From Rickettsiaceae bacterium 4572_127 (GTDB lineage Bacteria; Pseudomonadota; Alphaproteobacteria; Rs-D84; NBLK01), in contig NBLK01000002.1 of assembly GCA_002084505.1 (NCBI GenBank), positions 1-52,545 on the forward strand: 52,545 nucleotides of DNA. Direction: 5' to 3'. A program made the position numbers and the translations under genes. Positions 44,645 to 52,158 of the stretch are shown here, piece after piece (the first letter of the stretch is position 1; every line of letters begins with the position of its first letter). The notes beneath the pieces were generated by a model that saw only the letters and a program-made list of their open reading frames with translations, was not told the origin of the DNA and ran no database searches.

Positions 44645-45054
44645 TATAATTCCTTTAATATATCTTCAGTTCTTTCTACTACATCGTCTTCATATTCTAA
44701 TTTTTCGAAAGAGAGTGGTTTTATTGATGCTAAATTTTTCTTTAATGAGAAAAATTTAACGGCTTTTTTAAGTTTTTTTGCTAGTTTTATTTCCTCAATA
44801 ACGCCATCTGAAATAATTCCAAAAACCCAAATTTCGTCAGAAACATGAACATAGGAATTATTGCCTTGCCGAATGGTGTCTCGATCAACAGAGTCTAATA
44901 AAAAATATTCAAACGACATAAACGGATTTATAGGAACATATTTTTCGAGTAATACGAACTTGCAAATAAACTGTCTCATAAAAAAGGTATCTTTTGAATG
45001 AGCTGTATAAACAACAGGAAGTCTTTTGTGTAATTTTGATGCCGGGTGATTCAT
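44644..45054 (-). CDS. hypothetical protein, possibly nucleoside 2-deoxyribosyltransferase-like Rossmann fold
   Basis: 136 aa. The pattern VVYTAHS...PINPF...DEIWVFGIISDGVIEEIKLAKKLKKAVKFF resembles the DUF4406/NDT-like layout as I remember it. Shares 1 nt with the CYTH start. Confidence 0.35.
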   Translation of the reverse strand: MNHPASKLHKRLPVVYTAHSKDTFFMRQFICKFVLLEKYVPINPFMSFEYFLLDSVDRDTIRQGNNSYVHVSDEIWVFGIISDGVIEEIKLAKKLKKAVKFFSLKKNLASIKPLSFEKLEYEDDVVERTEDILKEL

Positions 45055-45055
45055 T

Positions 45056-45613
45056 TTATTCCCTTTCTTTTAAAAAAAATTTTAGTTTTTTCATAAATCG
45101 TTCAAAATGTTCGTCAGTTTTCCCATAAGGAATTTTATCAAAATCAAACCACTTTATACTATGAAATTCTTCTTCGGCATATTTAAAATCCTGTTTGCAA
45201 TTTCCATTCATTAGATACCAAAGTGAAACATCAGTGTGGATATATTCAGGATTTCCGACAGTTTCAGTTACTGTTAAAAACAGCGGAATAGCCGTTATTA
45301 AGCTCGGTTTTACAGATAATTCTTCTTCTAATTCTCGCTCAGCAGTAATCTGCGGAAACTCATTTATCTCAACATGTCCGCCTGTCGGCAACCATAATCC
45401 AGATTTTTTATGCTCAGTTAAAAGAATCTTTTTATTTTTTATATCGATTACAACAGCATAAGAAACTAAATGCTTTGGAGGTGTTTTATGTTTTTTAATT
45501 CTAAAAATATCAGCCCCAGAATCAATCCAGTCTAATGCATTTTGAATATGATCGCTTTCTAAATTATCAATAGGTGAAATTTGTTTTATTAAATTGTAGA
45601 TTTGATTTCGCAT
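45056..45613 (-). CDS. NUDIX hydrolase
   Basis: Nudix box GGHVEINEFPQITAERELEEELSV. Start moved to ATG 45613 (AAGGAG 6 nt upstream). Confidence 0.75.
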   Translation of the reverse strand: MRNQIYNLIKQISPIDNLESDHIQNALDWIDSGADIFRIKKHKTPPKHLVSYAVVIDIKNKKILLTEHKKSGLWLPTGGHVEINEFPQITAERELEEELSVKPSLITAIPLFLTVTETVGNPEYIHTDVSLWYLMNGNCKQDFKYAEEEFHSIKWFDFDKIPYGKTDEHFERFMKKLKFFLKERE

Positions 45614-45743
45614 GAGAACTCCTTTTTTACGAACTAAAATCATAATAAAGCAGAGTCGAAATAAAGCAAGCTGTTTTTCACTGTTCCACATAATATATAA
45701 CAGAACATAAAATTATTATGGGGAATGATGTCTTTTTATTTTC

Positions 45744-45772
45744 TTGACTCAGGGATAGAAATGTTTTATAAT
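45744..45772 (+). promoter_or_regulatory. near-consensus sigma70 promoter of tRNA-His
   Basis: TTGACT (45744-45749), a 17-nt spacer, then TATAAT (45767-45772), 11 nt before the tRNA 5' end. Confidence 0.6.
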
Positions 45773-45783
45773 TTTGGACTATA

Positions 45784-45861
45784 TGGCGGGTGTAGCTCAG
45801 TTGGTTAGAGCGCTGGTTTGTGGTACCGGAGGCCGCGGATTCGAGTTCCGTCACTCGCCCC
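45784..45861 (+). tRNA. tRNA-His (anticodon GTG)
   Basis: Hand-folded cloverleaf. Acceptor GCGGGTG/CACTCGC, D arm GCTC/GAGC, anticodon stem CTGGT/ACCGG with loop TTGTGGT, T arm GCGGA-TTCGAGT-TCCGT. Encoded G-1 (45784) opposite C73, and an encoded CCA. Confidence 0.85.
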
Positions 45862-45875
45862 ATATTAAAAATATG

Positions 45876-46916
45876 TTAAAATTTATAATCCTTGGTTTCA
45901 AATAACTCTTCTGCTGTTGTAGCTATTTTAACTTTATCTTTTTCTAAAAGTGCTGGATATTCTAATTTTAGTTTTCCATAAAAGGCTTGTAAAAAAGGCT
46001 CAGACGGATCAGTAGGATCGCCCCATTTAGCCTCTTCTATTATATTAGGTCTTTTGTATTTTTTGATAATACCAACCCAAAATTTTTTCCTCTTTTCCAT
46101 TTGCTGATAAACATAAGTTGCCCCAATTCCTTCAATTTCATTAACATCATTTCGATAAATCACTTTATAGACCAGATGCTCCGTTAAGTTAGAAGTAAAC
46201 CAAATTTCAATCTCTTCCCCTGTCTTAAATCTAGCAAGTTTAATTTTTTCTACATATTCCATTTTGTTTTTCTGAGCCGTTCCTATTATACATCCCTCAA
46301 TCGCCTTAGGAGTTTTTGCTCCTTTTTGCCGGCAGGAATAATTATAATTGTGCTTATATAATACCGGAATTTTTGTTTTCATTTCAATAATACTATATCC
46401 CATTTTAGGAAAAATATATGATTTCAAATAAGGATAAGTCGCTTCAAGAGAAATTCCCGCAATATCAAAAGATTGAATAATAGGTAACTTGTCGGCTAGC
46501 AAACTGTCTTCAATTTGAGTTTTTTTATCATTAGAGTTGCCGATAAGATTGTCTAAAAATCCCTGCCCAAAAACAGAGGAGGAAATAAAAATAAAAACAC
46601 AAAGTAGTTTTTTTATTTTACCCCTCCCCAAAATAGCAGAGCTATTTTGACCCTCCCGCAAGGGGTGGGTGATATAGTCAAAACAATTAAGGTTGTCCGC
46701 AGAATTGCCAAAATTTTTCGAGGTATTTTCAATCGTTTTTTGAAAATTGTATATCATACATTTTTCGAAAAACTGTTGCAAAAGAACCGAAAAAGAAGGC
46801 GAGTATGCGTATAATTTTTTTAAAAAAACACTGCAAGAAAAAAAGAAAAAAAGAACAAGATTAATTGTTTTGACTATAAGTCGGAAAAGTGCGAATAAGC
46901 CGTTTTTAAGCATCAT
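45876..46916 (-). CDS. hypothetical secreted protein (start uncertain; a repeat module lies in-frame)
   Basis: The longest ORF is 346 aa, but codons about 81-100 are a reverse B repeat module (HPLREGQNSSAILGRG). The module is followed by a perfect signal-peptide-like KIKKLLCVFIFISSSVFG. An in-frame TTG at 46631 inside the repeat would give a 251-aa secreted protein. Confidence 0.55.
   Translation of the reverse strand: MMLKNGLFALFRLIVKTINLVLFFFFSCSVFLKKLYAYSPSFSVLLQQFFEKCMIYNFQKTIENTSKNFGNSADNLNCFDYITHPLREGQNSSAILGRGKIKKLLCVFIFISSSVFGQGFLDNLIGNSNDKKTQIEDSLLADKLPIIQSFDIAGISLEATYPYLKSYIFPKMGYSIIEMKTKIPVLYKHNYNYSCRQKGAKTPKAIEGCIIGTAQKNKMEYVEKIKLARFKTGEEIEIWFTSNLTEHLVYKVIYRNDVNEIEGIGATYVYQQMEKRKKFWVGIIKKYKRPNIIEEAKWGDPTDPSEPFLQAFYGKLKLEYPALLEKDKVKIATTAEELFETKDYKF
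46617..46675 (-). repeat. B repeat module (reverse orientation) inside the 45876-46916 ORF
   Basis: ttttacccctccccaaaatagcagagctattttgaccctcccgcaaggggtgggtgata. Confidence 0.85.
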
Positions 46917-49419
46917 TTTTCACCTCAAAATCAACACCCATTCCTTTGCCTTCTATGAAAAAAATTTGTTCTTTTTTTTGCACTCGCAATATTGAACACA
47001 AAGAAAGAATATGTCTTCTTAGTTCTATAATTGTATCGGTAGTTGTATGAATAGTAAGTGATTTTAATTTAGAGCTATTGGCAACTTTTTGATAAGTTCT
47101 TTTCTTTCTAACTAAATTTAGAACACCAAGAATACCAACTGTCTCATCCATTAGAAATGAGATGTCTGTGTCTCCATCTGAAAGTTTCAAGTCATTAAAA
47201 TAAGTTTCATCCTTTTTAGGAAAATCCGTAATATGAATCGACTCAGTTTTTTCAAAAGGTTTATAAATTTGTTGATAAAGCTCTTCTGTTACAAAAGGAA
47301 TAAAAGGAGCATATAGACCTAGAATTTTTCGCAAAACTTTCCAAAGTGTCCACTGGGCAGAATAACGATTCTTGTCATCAAACAATTCTTCATTCCAAAA
47401 CCGCTCTTTAATCATTTCTAAATACCTATCACAAAAATCATTCCAGAAAAAACTTTCAACAGATTCTTTCGCCATAGCAAAATCATGATTCCCAAAATGT
47501 TTTTCTATTTCTTCAATTGTTAAATAGAGTTTGTATAAAATCCACCTATCTTCAATAGGCATATTTGTAGGAGTTTTTTTTTCTTCAAAATCTCCTAAAT
47601 ATCCAATAGCAAATTTAGATGCATTCCACAGCTTCAAAACAGTCTTTTTTCCTTTTTTCATTTCTTTCTCACTGTATTTTTGATCTGTTCCAAGTCGTGC
47701 GGAATAAGCCCAAAGCCTAAAAGCATCAGCTCCAAATTTCCCCATAACTGGTATCGGCAAATAAGGATTGTAGCCGTCTTTATCTGTGTATTTTACCATA
47801 TGTCGTTTTGAGATTTTTTTACCTTGCTCGTTCTGCCCATGCCCTGAGATAACGATATCTTTCCAAGGAACAGAATTTGTGTGCAAGTGAGATTTTACAA
47901 TAGTATAAAAAGTCCAAGTTCTAATAATTTCGTGAGCCTGAACTCTTATAGACATGGGATAGATATTTTTACTTCCAAAGCTATTTGGGGCATCGCTCCA
48001 ATTAGAATTTATCAAAGGCGAAATCGACGAGGTCATCCAAGTATCCATAACATCTTGCTCGCCAGTAATTTTACTAGAACCACACTTAGGGCATTTATCA
48101 AGATGGCATTTATCTTTTCTAGGATCAACAGGCAGGTTTTCTTTTTTAGCTAAAATAACTTCACCACATTCACAAAACCACAGAGGAAAAGGAACTCCAT
48201 AAAATCGCTGACGAGAGATATTCCAATCGTATTTCAATCCATTTACCCAATCTTCATAACGAGATTTTAAGTGAGTCGGATGCCAATTTATTTCATTTCC
48301 TCGGTCTAATAGTTCATTTTTTATATCCATATATCTTATAAACCATTGCGGAGCAGGGAGGTATTCAACAGGAACTTCTGTTCGTTCTGAAATAGCAATA
48401 ACTTGATCTACTTTTTTTTCAGCACGAATAAAATCTAATTCTTTTAATTTTGCGACAACTTTCGATTTAGCCTCTTCAACTGCGATGCCTTCAAAATCAC
48501 CAGCAAGATCATTTAGCTTTCCATCTATCGTAATGCAAATTCGCAAAGGCAGAGAATCTTCTTTCCATTTCTTCACATCTTCCGCGTCTCCAAAAGTACA
48601 AACCATCATTAGCCCAGTTCCGAAATCTTTTTTAACTTCGTTTGAAGATTTAATTTCCACCGTATGATTAGACAGAGGAACAATTGCTTTTTTACCAATT
48701 AGTTTTTTGTATCTCTCGTCAGTTGGATTGCAGTAAAGAGCTACACATGCAAATAAAAACTGCGGACGAGTTGTAGAAATAATCAGCTCATTTCCATTTT
48801 CAGACTTAAAAGCAATGTCATATAATTTACCTTTACGAGTGATGGTCTCCACATCCGCCTGAGCCAAAGAAGAATGCAGTTTTGTGTCCCATTGAACAGG
48901 ATCATCGTTGCGATAAATCTTTCCCTTTTCATACAGGTCTATAAAAGACATTTGAGATGCATGTGAACTAGTATCATCAATAGTTGAGTATTGTAAATTC
49001 CAATCGATAGAAAGCCCCAGTGTTTGCCAAATTTTTTCATAATTTACACGACATCGAGAGGTTTCTTCAAGGCATAGCTCACGAAAGTCTTGCGGAGAAA
49101 TAGTTTTTTTGTTTACCTTATGAGTTTGCTCAACATATCGTTCAGTCGGCAATCCGTTGTCATCATATCCCATTGGATAAAAAACATTTTTCCCCTTCAT
49201 TCGTTGATAGCGAATAATTGCATCGGGATGTGAGTAGCTCATCATATGCCCAACATGTAAATGCAAAGCAGAAGTATATGGCGGAGGGGTATCCACAGAA
49301 AAGATTTCTTTATTTGAGTTTTTTTGAAAAGAGTAAAAATCATTTTCTTTCCAGAATCTCTTAATTTTCTTTTCAACTTCTATGTGATTAAAAATTTTAT
49401 CTAACTCAGGGAGTTTCAT
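46906..49419 (-). CDS. valS: valine--tRNA ligase (short form without C-terminal coiled coil)
   Basis: HIGH region PPPYTSALHLHVGH. Editing-domain motif TTRPQF..NPTDERYKKLIGKKAIVPL. GTGLMMVCTFGD. KMSKS-like KISKRH. 837 aa. Confidence 0.85.
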   Translation of the reverse strand: MKLPELDKIFNHIEVEKKIKRFWKENDFYSFQKNSNKEIFSVDTPPPYTSALHLHVGHMMSYSHPDAIIRYQRMKGKNVFYPMGYDDNGLPTERYVEQTHKVNKKTISPQDFRELCLEETSRCRVNYEKIWQTLGLSIDWNLQYSTIDDTSSHASQMSFIDLYEKGKIYRNDDPVQWDTKLHSSLAQADVETITRKGKLYDIAFKSENGNELIISTTRPQFLFACVALYCNPTDERYKKLIGKKAIVPLSNHTVEIKSSNEVKKDFGTGLMMVCTFGDAEDVKKWKEDSLPLRICITIDGKLNDLAGDFEGIAVEEAKSKVVAKLKELDFIRAEKKVDQVIAISERTEVPVEYLPAPQWFIRYMDIKNELLDRGNEINWHPTHLKSRYEDWVNGLKYDWNISRQRFYGVPFPLWFCECGEVILAKKENLPVDPRKDKCHLDKCPKCGSSKITGEQDVMDTWMTSSISPLINSNWSDAPNSFGSKNIYPMSIRVQAHEIIRTWTFYTIVKSHLHTNSVPWKDIVISGHGQNEQGKKISKRHMVKYTDKDGYNPYLPIPVMGKFGADAFRLWAYSARLGTDQKYSEKEMKKGKKTVLKLWNASKFAIGYLGDFEEKKTPTNMPIEDRWILYKLYLTIEEIEKHFGNHDFAMAKESVESFFWNDFCDRYLEMIKERFWNEELFDDKNRYSAQWTLWKVLRKILGLYAPFIPFVTEELYQQIYKPFEKTESIHITDFPKKDETYFNDLKLSDGDTDISFLMDETVGILGVLNLVRKKRTYQKVANSSKLKSLTIHTTTDTIIELRRHILSLCSILRVQKKEQIFFIEGKGMGVDFEVKNDA

Positions 49420-49440
49420 TTTTTTCCTTTTTATACTTTC

Positions 49441-49500
49441 TTATCACCCACCCCTTGTGGGAGGGTCAAAATAGTTCTTACTATTTTGGGGCGGGGTAAA
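49441..49500 (+). repeat. B repeat module upstream of valS
   Basis: ttatcacccaccccttgtgggagggtcaaaatagttcttactattttggggcggggtaaa. Confidence 0.85.
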
Positions 49501-49521
49501 TCAATTTTGATTTGAAATTAT

Positions 49522-49674
49522 TTATTTTGAATCCTCAAAATACAACTCAACTGCTTCAACTAGATTTTCCTTAGCTTCTTTTTCAGTCTCTCCAAAAGAA
49601 GAAATATCTACATCTAAGCACTGAGAAATAAAAAACTTATCTTCTTTGTAAGTTACGAAATTAATCTTAGTCAT
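49522..49674 (-). CDS. HicB-like (UPF0150) small protein, possible orphan antitoxin
   Basis: Found by hand; it is below the track cutoff. MTKINFVTYKEDKFFISQCLDVDISSFGETEKEAKENLVEAVELYFEDSK, 50 aa. The ...G.T..EA..N..EA..LY.E pattern is typical of the HicB N-terminal domain. I found no HicA partner. Confidence 0.45.
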   Translation of the reverse strand: MTKINFVTYKEDKFFISQCLDVDISSFGETEKEAKENLVEAVELYFEDSK

Positions 49675-49797
49675 AATTATCCTTTTTATTTAGTCTCATT
49701 TTAACTATAAAGAGTTATTAGAAATAAATCAAGAAAGGATTTTACAGAGAAGTCCACATAATATATTTAGAGACTTCACAATGTTATGTGGAATAAC

Positions 49798-51468
49798 CTA
49801 TCCTCGTTCAAAGATTTTATCCAGAAGTTTGCGATCTAATTTCATAACAGTAGGGCGACCATGATTACACTGCATTGCTCTTGGAGTCTCTCCAATCTGC
49901 TTTAACAATTCATTCATTTCAGGAATAGAAAGCGACTGCCCTGCTCTAATTGATCCATGGCAAGCAATAGTCCCACGAATTTTATGAATGATTTTTTGAT
50001 GTTCTTTTGCAATATCATTGGTTTCTAATTCTGCGGAAATTTTTTGAAAAAGCTCAATCGGAGTTATGTATTTCAAAAAAGCAGGAATTTCTTTTATAGC
50101 AATTTTAGTCTCATCAATCTGCTCAATCACAAAGCCCGTTTCCGCAAAAGATTTTTTTTCTAGCAATAATTTTTCAATCGCCTCAGGGGTAGAAATAAAA
50201 ATCTCAGGCAGTAAAAGTTGCTGACGAATGATTTTGCGAGACTGAATTTTTTCTAAAACAATTCGCTCATGAGAAGCATGCTGATCTATAATAAACCATC
50301 CATCTTGGCTTTGAGAAATAATATAAGTGTTATGAAGCTGAAAACGAGCAATACCAAATTGAGACGAAATATCGCTCTCCAAAATTATATCTTCATCCGA
50401 AATCTTTCCGCCTGCAAAAGAAGCCTGAGGGTAAGAAAAAGGAGTTTCTTTTATTTCCGAAATACCCGCATCAGCCGTTTTTACAGTAGAAAAAACATGA
50501 TTTTCAAAAGTTGTTTTTCCTAATTCTCGTTTGATAGTGCCAATAATTAATTGCTTCAAAATAGCCTGATTTCTAAACTTCACTTCTGTCTTAGCAGGAT
50601 GCACATTTACATCTATCTCGCTCTCGGGAACTTTTAGATTCAAAACTAAAACTGGATAGCGATCATACGCCATCACATCGAAATAACATTGTCTAAGGAT
50701 AGCAAATAAAAATTTATCTTTTAGAAATCGCCCATTTACAAAAACAAAAAAACTTCTGGAATTGTGCTTATAATAAATCGGTTTTCCAATTAAACCTGAA
50801 ATGCTGTAATCCTCAATCGAGTTGCTTATGGAAAGTGAATTAGCGATAAAGTCTGCACCTAGTATTTTTTTAGCTCGATTCGTTAAGTCTGTTTTTTCAA
50901 ATAGTAAATTATTTAATTGAAGCTTTATAGTTGGATTTCCGATTGCGAATCTTTTTACAATTTCATTTATAGCACCTTGTTCTGCTCGTGTAGATCGCAA
51001 AAATTTCAAGCGAGCAGGGATTGCATAAAATAAATCTGTGATTTCAATTGTAGTTCCATGAGAGCGAGCCGATGGTTTTATGGATAAGATTTTTCCGCTG
51101 GCGACGATCATTTCCCAGCTGGATTCGTTATTTGAAGTTGTGATTTTCATGCGAGATGCGGATGCGATTGATGCTAGTGCTTCGCCACGAAATCCGAACG
51201 AGCAGATGTTGAATAAGTCTTCGTCAGGGATTTTAGAGGTTGCATGGCGGAGAATTGATTTTTCTAAATCTTCTCGTGGCATTCCTTTTCCGTTGTCGGC
51301 GATTGTTAGTTTGTTCTTTCCACCTTCTTCCGTGTTGATTTTGATTTCAGTAGCTTCAGCATCGAGAGAGTTTTCTATCAATTCTTTTAGAATCGTAGCA
51401 GGGCGGTCAGACACCTCCCCTGCACAAATCTGGTTAATTAAATGGTCTGGTAAAATCCTAATCATCAC
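49798..51468 (-). CDS. mutL: DNA mismatch repair endonuclease MutL
   Basis: N-terminal GHKL ATPase (LINQICAGEVSDRPATILKELIENSLDA, DNGKGM, GFRGEALASI). C-terminal dimerisation domain with QQLLLPE and ACHGSIRAG motifs. Confidence 0.9.
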   Translation of the reverse strand: MMIRILPDHLINQICAGEVSDRPATILKELIENSLDAEATEIKINTEEGGKNKLTIADNGKGMPREDLEKSILRHATSKIPDEDLFNICSFGFRGEALASIASASRMKITTSNNESSWEMIVASGKILSIKPSARSHGTTIEITDLFYAIPARLKFLRSTRAEQGAINEIVKRFAIGNPTIKLQLNNLLFEKTDLTNRAKKILGADFIANSLSISNSIEDYSISGLIGKPIYYKHNSRSFFVFVNGRFLKDKFLFAILRQCYFDVMAYDRYPVLVLNLKVPESEIDVNVHPAKTEVKFRNQAILKQLIIGTIKRELGKTTFENHVFSTVKTADAGISEIKETPFSYPQASFAGGKISDEDIILESDISSQFGIARFQLHNTYIISQSQDGWFIIDQHASHERIVLEKIQSRKIIRQQLLLPEIFISTPEAIEKLLLEKKSFAETGFVIEQIDETKIAIKEIPAFLKYITPIELFQKISAELETNDIAKEHQKIIHKIRGTIACHGSIRAGQSLSIPEMNELLKQIGETPRAMQCNHGRPTVMKLDRKLLDKIFERG

Positions 51469-51781
51469 TTATCCCAAAAGGTAACATTCGTGAATTGCGA
51501 ACAGTTAAAATAACAACTTTTTCTTCTTTTACTATATAAATAATTCTATAATTTTTTTTATAAATGTAATTTCGAACAACTTGATTATTTTTTAATTTGA
51601 GAGTTTTGTTTTCAATGGCTATTGGAAATCTTTCAGGCATTTTTTTTAATGAAAAAATTGCTTTATATAAATTACGGATAAAAGTTTCAGCAAAAAAAAG
51701 TTTATCTTTTGATATAAAAAAATAGATGTTTTCGAGATTTGTCTTTGCTCGGTTTGAAATAACTATTTTATAATTTTGCAT
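51458..51781 (-). CDS. type II toxin, ParE/RelE family
   Basis: 107 aa. The N-terminal pattern YKIVISNRAKTNLENIYFFI and the C-terminal YRIIYIVKEEKVVILTVRNSR fit ParE-like plasmid-stabilisation toxins. Overlaps the antitoxin by 14 nt and the mutL start by 11 nt. Confidence 0.6.
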   Translation of the reverse strand: MQNYKIVISNRAKTNLENIYFFISKDKLFFAETFIRNLYKAIFSLKKMPERFPIAIENKTLKLKNNQVVRNYIYKKNYRIIYIVKEEKVVILTVRNSRMLPFGISDD

Positions 51782-52049
51782 TTTTGAATTTATGTTTTTT
51801 AGCTAATTCAGTAAAGGCTTCATCGAGTGGAGAAACATCACCATTTTTTAAATCTTCTAATCCTTCTTTGATGTTTTTTAAGGTGTCTAAAAGCTCTAAG
51901 TCTTTTGCAATTTTTGAATAAGTATTTGGATCCATAACAACAATTTTTGAGGTCTCATTTAGAGAAATAAGAGACGGTTTTCCGCTCTTTTTTAAGTTGT
52001 TATAAAAGTTAGGTGATTTAATTTCTTCAAATTTTTTATATTCTAACAT
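51768..52049 (-). CDS. type II antitoxin, Phd/YefM-like
   Basis: Start moved to ATG 52049 (AAGGAG 8 nt upstream). KPSLISLNETSKIVVMDPNTYSKI fits the Phd/YefM N-terminal fold. The C-terminal LKNIKEGLEDLKNGDVSPLDEAF tail is common in ParD/Phd-type partners of ParE. Confidence 0.55.
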   Translation of the reverse strand: MLEYKKFEEIKSPNFYNNLKKSGKPSLISLNETSKIVVMDPNTYSKIAKDLELLDTLKNIKEGLEDLKNGDVSPLDEAFTELAKKHKFKNAKL

Positions 52050-52158
52050 AGCATTTCTCCTTTTTATTTTAATGTTAGATAAAAACAATGACAATTTCAA
52101 GGTGAAAAACTTTTTTCTTTATGTTTTTTAAAAACGGCTTTAACATATTTTTATTCTC

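Noticed and set aside
45678-45863. 61-aa minus-strand ORF.
   Set aside because: It is antisense to the tRNA-His gene and its promoter. The peptide (GRVTELESAASGTTNQRSNQLSY) is the typical artefact of translating a tRNA.
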